Below, piece by piece: positions 24,136 through 34,977 of a stretch of DNA of 64,000 bases; positions within the stretch are counted from its first letter, which is position 1; every line of letters begins with the position of its first letter. Origin of the DNA: Lepidodermella squamata. Lineage: Eukaryota > Animalia > Gastrotricha. Both the position numbers and the translations under genes were made by a program. The stretch spans positions 496,001-560,000 of the forward strand of contig JBLDXI010000001.1 in assembly GCA_047495785.1 (NCBI GenBank), read 5' to 3'. Under the pieces are notes generated by a model, which was not told the origin of the DNA, made no database searches, and was given only the letters and a program-made list of their open reading frames with translations.

Positions 24136-24314
24136 CAGGGCCGGATCATCCATTAAGCAAGTAAGGCATTTGCCTTGGGATCCGATGAAATTTTGACCCC
24201 GCAGATGAAAAATCGCAGGGGGACCCTTATTATCATTGGCCCACACAGGCCGATCTTTAATTTGCCTTTGGGCCGGCCCCTTGGTCATTTTTCAGGTGTC
24301 ATAATCTGGCACTG
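24136..24314. mobile_element. hAT-type MITE, 179 bp
   Basis: Imperfect terminal inverted repeats CAGGGCCGGAT ... ATCTGGCACTG, flanked by near-identical 8-bp direct repeats GTCTGCTA / GTCTGCAA. An 8-bp target-site duplication and CAG ends are hAT hallmarks. Confidence 0.8.
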
Positions 24315-24977
24315 GTCTGCAAAGCGTGTCAGCTGACAGGATCAGCATGTTTACGGCCGTTCTTTACTGCTTTCTTTGCTTTAAACAGCGAGACGGTGGT
24401 TGAATCACACTGACCATATCTGGGTCGGATTACTATTCTTTTCCTTCATGTGAGGAAGCCGCCAGGGCGCCGGGAGCGACCGGCTTCATTTTCACTTGTA
24501 ACTGTCAGTTCAATTTCCTTATCAACCCTCTCAGTCTCTTATTGTTCACATTGTGGAGAGATAGATCTCATTCCTTCAATTTACTTCTGCCTCATGAAAT
24601 GCTAAGTTGCAACTGATCAGGTCTCAAAGACTATTCGACGGAGAAATGTTCCTGAAGTGTAATCGGAAAGAGAACGCTTGACAACAGCTCTTGCCGCACA
24701 ACTACTGTGGAAGTTAGTTTGGGTGACGGAAATAACTCGGAAACAAGGCCGGAAAATCATAATCTTTAACCCCAAACCCTGACCCCAAACCCCCGACTCT
24801 GCCTAGCCCAAAAAAGGAGAGCCAAAAAACCCGAAAAATGCTAGAAATAAACTGCGACGAAATTTATCAATAGATCGTTAAAATTTGATAATTTTGATTT
24901 GAACACGGTATTTTGTTATCAAAATTTTGGTTTAAATAATTTGAGTGTAAGACCTTGACTTTATAGCGTTCATAGCG

Positions 24978-25013
24978 GTTGCTAGGTTTTCGCTACGTTT
25001 TTGTCTTAGCGAC
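24978..25013. promoter_or_regulatory. Two RFX X-box-like sites upstream of GAS8
   Basis: GTTGCTAGG (24978) and TTGTCTTAGCGAC (25001-25013) lie just upstream of a candidate 5'UTR donor (AAG|GTAGG, about 25085). RFX is a known regulator of ciliary genes. Confidence 0.45.
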
Positions 25014-25482
25014 GATGTCGTTTCGCTGTGAATGCTGCACTTCCCACATGCTAATGCTAGGCATCAAAGCTAGTCAATCTTAAGGTAGGGTATCTTGATA
25101 TTGCCTTGCTGCTGATATTTGCAGTATCATGGCGGCATTGAATGCAAAGATCTTCGCTCATCTTTACTATTGTCACTGCAGTAATTGTGTTTCTTGAGCG
25201 GCGTAGCAATTCTACTTCTACAGTAAAGTTTGCGTAAACCAGAGTCTTCTAAACTGTAATATCTGTAAACTCGAAATTTCTTTGTTTCTCTGTCAGAGGT
25301 TCTTGCGAGTCTGGTATTCGTTAGACGTTAGACCAGGCTTACTTTAACCGAACTTGTTAATTGGGACTATCTTTGTCCGGTTAATGCAATTATCACTGTA
25401 TTCCCTTATGATTTAGGAAGGTATTATAGCAAAAACTTGTGGTTGCTTTCCGAGCCTCTGAACTTATCATTAGCGCTCAATA

Positions 25483-27101
25483 ATGGTGAGTTATTATATG
25501 TCGACTGTCCACTGAAACTAATAATTATATGTCTTTTCAGCCTCCGAAAAAGAAGGGTGGAAAGAAAAAGAAGTCGGCGAAGAAGGAGGCAGTGACTACC
25601 ACTATTGATGGCGTTGCTGTCGCTGACATGACAAAAGAAGAGGTTAGTGCTTAATCTATGGAAAAATCGTGTGTTAATACGATATATGCAATTAATTACA
25701 GCTTGAGAAACACCTAGAGCTTCTGCGGGATGAGCTCGAGCGAGAGCGCGAAGAACGAAATTACTTTCAGTTGGAGCGAGACAAGGTGAATACTTTCTGG
25801 GAAATAACAAAGCGTCAGCTAGAGGAGAAAAAAGCAGAGCTTCGCAACAAGGATCGCGAGATGGAAGATGCGGAAGAGAAACATTCAATCGAAATCAAAG
25901 TTTACAAACAAAAAGTAAAGCATTTGCTATACGAACACGAAAACCAATTAGCCGAGCTGAAAGCTGACAATGTCACTTCGATACGCCTGGCTAACGATGA
26001 ACACCGATCCGGCGAAGGCGTTCTAAGAAAAGAGCAGCGTGATTTGAAAATTTTGGCCAAAGAGCGGGAACTGGCCTTTCAAGATCAAATCAAGGAACTG
26101 AAGAAGGTTCGTGCAATTAGGCGAGCTCGTGAATTATATCGTAATTTATTTATCATTTTTAGGGTCACGAAGAAGAGTGTACCCGTCTCCGAAGTGAATT
26201 TGAGCGCGAAGCTCGTGAGATCGAAGCTAAATATGAGCGCAGGATGCGGACACTCAGAGATGAAATGGAACTGCGCCGCAAGACCGAGCTTCATGAAATA
26301 GAAGAGCGTAAGAATGGACAAATCCAGCAGCTCATGCGCAATCACGAAAAAGCATTCTCGGACATTAAAAACTATTACAACGATATTACTCTCAATAATT
26401 TGGCACTCATCAACACGCTCAAAGAGCAAGTCGAAGAGATGAAGCGAAAAGAAGAGCGCATGGAACGCCAAATGGTCGATGTGCAAAATGAAAACAAGAA
26501 ACTCGCCGAACCTCTGCAAAAAGCCAAAGAAGAACTTTCCGAACTACATCGGCAAATGGCCAATTATGAGAAGGACAAACAAGCCTTGTCAAATACTAAA
26601 GCTCGACTCAAGGAGCTCACAGAACAATACCGAAATCTTTCTTGGGAGAATGAAGTCTTACTCCAACGGTTTCAGAAGCTGCAGAAGGAACGTGATGATT
26701 TATATCAAAGATTCGTGCGTGCTGTTCACGAAGTTCAAGAGAAATCAGGCCTGAAGAATCTTTTGCTCGAAAAGAAACTTTCTGCTGTTACCGATGCCCT
26801 CGAGAAGAAGGAAGCGCAGCTAAACGAAGTCTTGGCCGCTAGCAACCTCGATCCAACTGCGTTAACCATCGTTACACGTAAATTGGAGGATGTGCTGGAT
26901 TCTAAAAATGCCGCGATTAAAGATCTGCAATACGAGCTTGCGCGCCTTTGCAAGGCATATAACGACCTACTCGCGGCATTCCAGTCGCGGTTGTCACAAT
27001 TGGGTGTGTCGGCTGACGACCTCGGCTTTCGACCTCTGCAAACAGCCGTTGCACCACCTCTCGGCAAAGCTCCAGCCGGTCTTGTATCGGCACCAACCTA
27101 A
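25483..27101 (+). CDS. GAS8: Dynein regulatory complex subunit 4 (growth arrest-specific 8), 4 coding exons
   Basis: ATG, intron, then PPKKKGGKK...; [26 protein letters not shown]; [16 protein letters not shown]; [29 protein letters not shown]; C-terminal [13 protein letters not shown]. Confidence 0.97.
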
Positions 27102-27705
27102 GCCTACTAATTTTTGCCTAATGGGTCATCTTTTTCCATTTGTGACTGGGAATGACTCAACTAATTTCCATTATATATTATACATATTGTGTTTCAAAGA
27201 TCGCAAATCTCATCAAGTACCAAATTCCTTACTTACTACAGAAATATTGCATCTGAAAGGAAACTCAATATTTAAAATGAATTTATTTGCTATGATTCTT
27301 TTGCTTGTGCAGCTCCGTGTTCAGCCGTTTCGCCATTTCAATAAAACGAGAGAATCGACAACAGTGCGTTTTATTATCTAGAAGTTGCAACATCACAGGG
27401 AATTGAAGCATTGCTTGATAAGTCGGAGAGCCACAGCAAAATATGAAAATTAGTAAAACTTGAAAATAATGTAAATGTATCAATCACAAAAAATACAATG
27501 CAAATCGTTGGCACTGAAATCACAGATATCAAACGTAGGGCTCATCAACTGGCAGTGTAAGTAAAAATAACAGGAGAGGTAACTCAACTCGCTGAAATCG
27601 AAGTGTAGAAAGAACAGCTATTATTAAAAACATTTATGGGGTTTGAATGATGATCATGGTATCGAAAGCTATCAGCTCTAGGCTTGTGTCCTGCAGTTTC
27701 TTAAT

Positions 27706-29464
27706 TCAATCGGCCTGAATGGAACGCTGCAAGTCATTCATTTTTCTCCGCAGCAAGTTCAGCTCCCGATCGCGATTGGAAGTCTAAAAAATATATTAGT
27801 AATTGAAATATATTGGTCCTAATAATGTCACCTCTTTTTGCAACTCCTGCATGTGATTAATAAGAACGGTTTTCTCGTTTCGAAGTTGGCTCGCCTCAGT
27901 GTTCGTCATTGTCTGCGAAATCTCCAGCTCTTTCAAGCGATTTTTCATAGCTTGTGCGTTAATTTCAGCTCGGCTGGCTCGATCTTCTGCGGCCCGCAAC
28001 TGCGCGTTCAACTGGTCAGCATGCTGCTTTTCCGTAAGCAATGCAGAAAGAGTCATATCAGCTTCGCTTTGAAGCCGCTGTCGATCAACAACAGCAGCAG
28101 TCAATAAGGCTTTGTCAGCGAAAGATGACGTGGTGGACAGCAATTTCGAATCAGTCTTCAATTAAAACTCAATGAGACTAACGCTAAAACGTCTGTCAGA
28201 TGCTTACCCGAGGAGAAAGGATAGTTGATCTTAGGTTGTAAGCATCTTCAACAGCCAAAGCCGTGGCAGTGTAGCCTAAACGCTTTTCATGATCGAGCCT
28301 TGATTCGGCCTCGCGAAGCCGTTGTCGCAAATTGAAAATTTCCGTGTTCAATAGCTCGACTGATTTGTCTTTCGAAACGACAGTTGCGTCGTACAGTTGA
28401 GCGTCAAGCGAACGAATTTGAGCGTCCTTCTGAGAAATTTCTACTAATTTTCGTTCGAGCTCCACCTGAGACTGTCGCAAACGCTCAGTCGTAGTGTCAT
28501 GCTGTAGATTTTATTATTCGCACAATTTCATCCTTCAATTATTGCAAGCTTGCAATGCGAAATTGATTTACCTGTTTCACGGCCAAATTCAGCCTCGCCT
28601 CAAGGTCAAGATTCTTCTGATTAGCAGTGTCCAGCTCAACACGAGTAGCAACCAGTTGTCGATCTTTCGAGTCAACTTCCAGCTGAAGAAGGCTATTTTT
28701 GCTTTGAAGTTCAACAACCTGGTCCATTAAAGATCGTTTGTCGGCCTCCAATCGACCTTAAATCAGGTTCAAATCAATCATATTCATAATTTAGCCGCGC
28801 TATCTTTAATACCTTGAGTCTCGGACAGTGTAGCCATCGCCACACCCTTTTCAGAGCGCAGCATATCGTTACTAGCATCACGCCGAGCTATTTCCAGGCG
28901 AAGGCTGTCCCTCTCCGCAGTTAGAGCTCTTAATTGCTCCAACATTTTAGCGGCCTCGGCCGCCATCACGGGTTGCAAATCTGAAGCGCGTTTTACCTGC
29001 TCGCGCCTGAAATGCCGATTAGAAATTTATGGATAATGAATCATCAACAAGAGTGATTCAGAAGCTTACAGATATTTTGTCTCCGTTTCTAAATAAAATA
29101 TTTGTCTCTGCAGGTTTTTGATGTATTCGTTCTCCAAAACACCGGAGCTTCTGTTCAGAATATATTTTCGATTGGTTAAAGTTTCATTTCTATTTCAAAA
29201 TGCTCAAACTTAGAGAGGGCAGGAATGACTGTGCTGGCAAGATCTTGCCCACTGCCTGATAGCTTTCTGCTCAGCGTAGGGCTTTCTGATTATCAGCAAG
29301 TTGAACAAATCGATGATAAATATTCTGATTATGAAAACTTACTTGCCATGGTCAGCGATTTAGCCAAGCTGCCACCGAAAGCACTAGAACCTGTTCAATC
29401 ACAAATATCATTATCGGCTTACTCAACCAAGTTACTTTCGATTACCTCTGAGCGTTCCAGCCAT
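27706..29464 (-). CDS. Uncharacterised coiled-coil protein, about 8 exons
   Basis: Exons splice in frame from MAGTLRGSSAFGGS through LENEYIKNLQRQIFYLETETKYL and heptad-rich exons to ...NDLQRSIQAD*. Family not identified. Confidence 0.75.
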
Positions 29465-32077
29465 TAATAATCAACGGCACTTGAATGTTCGAACAAAAAC
29501 CTACTCAATAAGCAAAAATGAAAATCGATGAGCAAACCGCGATAACGAAATGAAATCGAGAACATCGTTTATTGAAATCTTTTAGACCAGTCAAACGAGG
29601 TATTTAGATGTATTTGAATTCGTGTAGAGAATTAGCCCACCAATCCGGAGGTTTAAAAAGTATTGTGCTTTTAGAGGTGCTTTCAGAAGTTGCTCTGAGG
29701 GTCTTTGTGTTTCTGAATATTTAGGTAAAGAATGTAAATCATTGTATATCTGCCAGCAGGGCGCGATGCGCGATGCGGAGAGTTGACGTCTTGAGCTCGA
29801 GTCTGAATTTTGACATTATCAGAACAACAGATATGGTTTCGTGTTCAGCCGAAGATCTGACGATCAAATTACAAAATGAGAGCAAGGGCTTTTGAGTTGA
29901 GACTGGAGTAAAATCGTGAATTGGTCACTTCCCGTCCACGGCTAGCCCACTCAACTCGGCTCGGATACTTCTAATCAAGCCATTAAGAACTCTTTTCTTG
30001 TTGGCGGTCTCACCATCACGTACTTAATTCAAGAGAGCCCTACACTTTGCAAAATGATAACTATTTTCTGAAGCATAGAAAAGATGGCTAGACTAGCTAT
30101 TATGTCTGCATATCGAGGTTGCCCTTGGTACTCCAGATCTTGTCGCCGCGGTCGAAGTAGGGCTGGATCTGTTCATGTTCACAAAGGCACATTCACAAGG
30201 CACAAGGCCAGCATATAAGTAGCGTCTGTGGTTACAATATAATTTGTTACTGTAATTACAGTAAAATAATTTCATATCTATCGACAAGTTATACATTTTT
30301 ATCGGTCATGAACAGGCACAGCTGAATTACCCGCTAAACTTTTTGTGTCGAAAACCGAGGTGAACTCTGGACTCTAGCTGGCAGCTCTGACTACTTTGCC
30401 AACGGCCGTCTGAAGGTCTCTCGAAACACAAACGAAACAAAGTACGCGCTGGATTTACTGTGGCACACAGACAGAGCGATTAGACTTGCAATGCAACACG
30501 TTATTTAATTCACATGCTTTAGACTTTAGATCACATGCCTGTGCATTGAATAGCTTCTAAAGATTTGCCAGCCATGTTCCCCCTTTTCCTTCTTCCATCT
30601 GCCTCCATGAACATGAAGATGAACATTTCTCATTATTTAAGCCCCAGACTTTAAAAACTTGTGTGATTTGAGGTAATAATAGTAAGATAGGTATTTTGTT
30701 TATCAATAACAAAATCAATACATCAATACATAACATTGATGTTCAATCAGTTGTATCTCACTGGTTTGGATTATTTGTCATAGCTATAAATATATTTAGA
30801 ATGCTTTTCAATTTGACGAGAATGTATCTCTGATGTTGTGAGAATGTAATCTAACGTTGATCACGCATATCGAGTACCTAATATTATATTTATATGCGCA
30901 TACTTCCTCCGCGATATGCTAAAATTGGATACGGCCCTGTAACCCTGGACAAGTTTCAGAAGCTAGATCACTAAACTTCAATAAGTGCGATGTTGCAACT
31001 GGTTAGCGGTGTCTGGTGGTGTGCCCAATCTGCCTTCGGGGACATCAGGGAGTAGTTGTATGCTGTGAGACGTGGGTGTTGAAAAATATTACGATCTTCT
31101 CGCCATACAGATTGGTTCCTAACTGGCAGGTCTAAGGTGACGTAGTACCAAAGATATCGTCCCTTATTGGACTGAGAACATGTCGAAGAATACAATAAAT
31201 AGTACGTGAAGGTCTTAAATTTTCTGAAGTCGCGTGATATGTTATGGAAATTGCTAATACCTGCACGAAAATTGTCATGCCCCTTCATATAAAGCGAGAG
31301 CATATAGATTGCGAGGCTGAATTGAGCTCCTTGTATATTCGGCGATTTTATATATACTTTGATTAGGAACAATAATGCGTAGAATTGTATAAGTTTCTTT
31401 TACACGCAAGTTTTTCGGATGCGAACTGTTGGCTAGCCCTAGGATGTAAAGAAATTGATGTCTATAACTGTTGAGAAGCAATTTTTTGCGATAAATTCTC
31501 GTTTCCTGACGATGCTGAACATTCTTTCGTACGGCCCCATATTTTTTTATCGCCCTTCCGTTGCTTAGCCAAGCTGATTTGATAGTTGTGCATACACGAA
31601 GATGCTCGGGTTCTGCTTCGCTGTTTAATTATCTGCCCGAACCTCGAACGGATTTGAACGGTACCTCTGTCTGCTATAAAGATTTTATATTAGCACACCG
31701 TTACTCCCACGTAGCTTATATGTCATATGTCCGAGCAGTTGGAGTTTTGCGCCGGCGATGCTGCAGAACCGGCTGTGAACTCGGTCCAGTTTCTACAGGA
31801 CGCCCGAAGACGCCGCGAAGATGTCAAATTCTAGTAAAGGTAGCACGCATGACTTGAGGGCGCTTTCCAAGTAAGACTATCAGTTGCGTGAGGGCTGTTG
31901 TTGCCTGCCCGATATTTTTGATGATGCATGTTTGAATTTTTGAAACATGCGTAAAGTAACTTGCGCACACGAGTAATTATGATTTTTTGGTGCTCGAATT
32001 GAAATCATGAACGAAATATTCGCAACAAAAAGCATAGCTATTGAATTTTCAAGATAGAGTGACAATCAAATGATCCG

Positions 32078-32932
32078 CACGGTGGACGCTTGTTGAATTT
32101 TTTCGCGCATGCAAAATGAGGCTGTTTATCTATCTCCTGCAAAACGGACCAAAATGACGCCTTTTTCACGAGCTCCAAAAATAACTCCAAGGAAAGGGGT
32201 ACGCCTATAAGGGAATTAAGCCTTTAGGGTATGAGCATTGTATTTAGCCAAAATAATGGCCAAACCGTGAGGGTCACAATCGATCATCATATATCAATCG
32301 ATTGCTGCAATCGAGGGCTATCGATTGGTGCCAAATCGAATTTCGCGCGGAACTTCTGGAAATATGATGTTTGCCTTCAAAGTTGAAAAAATGCAAAAAT
32401 GCGAGTTTTTGGCCAAAACTTGATCCTGAATGTGCCGCGTGGACTTCGATTTGGCACCAATCGATAGCACTTGATTGCAGCAATCGATTGATATATGATG
32501 ATCGATTGTGACCCTCACAGTTTGGCCGCTATGACAGTTTAAAATATCGCTTATCCCGTATAGGCTTAAGCCTATGCCGTATAAGCTTAGATACTCTAAA
32601 GGCGTACAACAAATATATATTCATGAGATTTCATGAAACTAGGAAATCCTTAGTCGAGTGCCGGAAATTGCAGAAAAATTTGAGCACCTGGTATAAAGTT
32701 ACAACAAATCAAAAATAATTTTTCCGAAATTTCTCTGGCATAACTTTCAACTTTGAGGGCTTCGGAATATTAATTAGCACCTTATGAATATTCATATTTT
32801 TAAAACTATTAAAACCTCTTGGTCTGTCCCAGTTACACTTTTTATTTTTAGCTGAGTGGAAGCTTGGAGCTAAAAATAGTTCGGGCGCGTGTAAGATATT
32901 TTTAGTTTCAACTCAACAAATTCCTGACCGTG
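32078..32932. mobile_element. Degenerate TIR element with CACGGT...ACCGTG ends (CMC-like), interrupted by a nested MITE
   Basis: Left end CACGGTGGACGCTTGTTGAATT versus reverse-complemented right end CACGGTCAGGAATTTGTTGAGTT. A second subterminal inverted match (CACG.GC.C...CTCCAAG) is present. CG flanks both ends. Confidence 0.5.
32202..32604. mobile_element. TA-flanked MITE with a long internal inverted repeat
   Basis: TA|CGCCT...AGGCG|TA termini. Internal arms 32258-32340 and 32445-32527 (about 83 bp) are near-perfect reverse complements. Confidence 0.75.
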
Positions 32933-34977
32933 CGTAACTTTTGATTTTCACTGTAGTTCATCTTCACTGGTCGTGTCGTCATCGTCACCAGGTTCATGTT
33001 CATCAGAATTCGGCCGGTCTGTTTGAAAAGTATCCTCAAACAGGTCTAGGTTAAGGGAAAGTTCAATTCAATTGATTTTGGTTTCTTGAAGGTTTCAGCG
33101 GGATTTGTAACGTGATTCTTCATATCTGCAGACTTACGATTCATTTTGGCTGTATGACCGAGCTAGCCGATTGACCTTATGATTCCACCCTTTGGCGAAG
33201 GTGGAAATAGCCTCGGTGGCTTCCAGTCATGTAACCTCGGCCTTCGAACCATTGATTCTCGAATTAGTCCTGAACTTCTCAAATTTAATTCTCAAAGCGA
33301 TCAACATTCGACGATTGACCTTTAATCAGTTGGAAGGTTGCCGGAACTGGTAGGTGCGAGAGGCAAGGCCATGAGACGTTTTGCCAGAGTTCTAAACGAC
33401 GAACCAAAAATTGAGTAGCTTCCACTGTAGTCTCTTCTGTATTCATCTGATGAACGCCTGTTTGAAATGAAATAGGCAGAAATATCGATTTCTTGATATT
33501 TGGAATCAAGCCAGTCTCGGAATCAGCAGTTTCCAGATGTAGCCCAGCCAGGAGGCATCCGATTCATTTCTGATTTGATCGCCCTGAAAACTGCTTCGTA
33601 AACTTATTCGTAACTGCTTACCCGACATATTACATAGCAGGCGGCAAGAGTCAATCCGCTTTTGAGAATGTGAATTGTGAAACATTGGAAAAAAAATATC
33701 TGGCACTATCGAAAAATTCCGGTCCATGAACTACCTTTCGTTTGTCGCGAGTAAACAAAACATTTAATCGATAGCAAATGAACAGAATGAGCCAATAACA
33801 CCGAAACGGTGATTACCGACAAAACCGCAAAATATAGTGTCAACTTAGCGCGGGCGCGTTCGCAACGCACACCTCTGCGCGAATTTATGAAAAATGTGAT
33901 TGAAAATGTGCGCAAGTTACTTCAAGGTACTTTGCGCATTTTCCATTTACCGCAAGTTTCTATTGATTGGCCGGAGTCAAAAACCGGTTCAGGAGTTGAG
34001 TCGCAGTTTCGATTTTCGACTGTTTCGGTATCATTTGTATTTTCTTCCTTCTACCGCATTCAAGTCGCGAGTAGGTAAATTTCGTGTCGATGGGCTTATT
34101 GGGATCAACTGATACACAATGCGCAAGTGCATAGTATGATGCGTGCTCTTCTTCAATATCAACATTTTGCAGCCGGACGCTTCCCAAGTTGAAGTCATCA
34201 ACAAAATGCACATCCCTGGCGGGATGCAGCTGGGTTCGCGAATTCTTCTTGCTACAGCGCGACTTGTTCCGCCGTAGAAGACCAACCACTGTGATGGTAC
34301 GAGCACGCCGATAAACATGAAAATACCTACCGGTGACCGCACCAAGGCACAGGGGTTCGCCTTTTGAAGGATTTCTAGGAGAATCTGCCGATCGATTAGG
34401 TCGAAAGCTAACATCCGTTATCTTTCGTAGGATATTCGATCTTGCCGTTGCTTGTACCGATAAATGTAGGCGAATCGGTATCAAAATAAGCCCAGAGAAA
34501 AAATTGAACAGATTTAATGACGGATTCAAGGTTAGGGATTGCGCTTTTGCATGACTTTGCGGCCTTCCTGAGAGAACTCCGGGAACAAATAGCCAACAAA
34601 TAGCATAACGTCAGTAAAGACAGCTATTTGTCAATCTCTTGAAGCCGTAAGATTTTCACGAATTATCTTGACCGCATCAGGATATTCGTTGGAAGCCCCG
34701 GCAACTTCTTTGTGTTGATTTGCCCACATCGTGATGGGCGCATCGAGGAGTTTGAGCCGTGCGAACCTGGTGGTTTTGTTGTATGGGCAAGTTTGCACTT
34801 GAACTCGAAGGCAGCAGCCGTTGCATCGATTTCCAACCTTCGAACTGCGATAAGGTAGTTCGGATTAGAGAAGATAGCAAAATCTATTATAGAATCAAAA
34901 TTGTTGCATAATGTTCAACAACTTTTTTCGAAATTTAATTTGTTTCTATTATTGTTTTCTAGAGATTTGTTAAACTG

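Noticed and set aside
30326-30340. TTACCCGCTAAACTT resembling the 5' end of 28S rRNA
   Set aside because: The similarity does not extend on either side.
30971-31481. Minus-strand ORF fragments here and at 41864-42172 as possible transposase or RT remnants
   Set aside because: No DDE, reverse transcriptase, endonuclease or helicase motif could be recognised.
34531-34538. CCCTAACC on the minus strand as a possible telomerase RNA template
   Set aside because: An 8-mer is expected by chance in 64 kb, and I could not identify a pseudoknot, CR4/5 or H/ACA domain.
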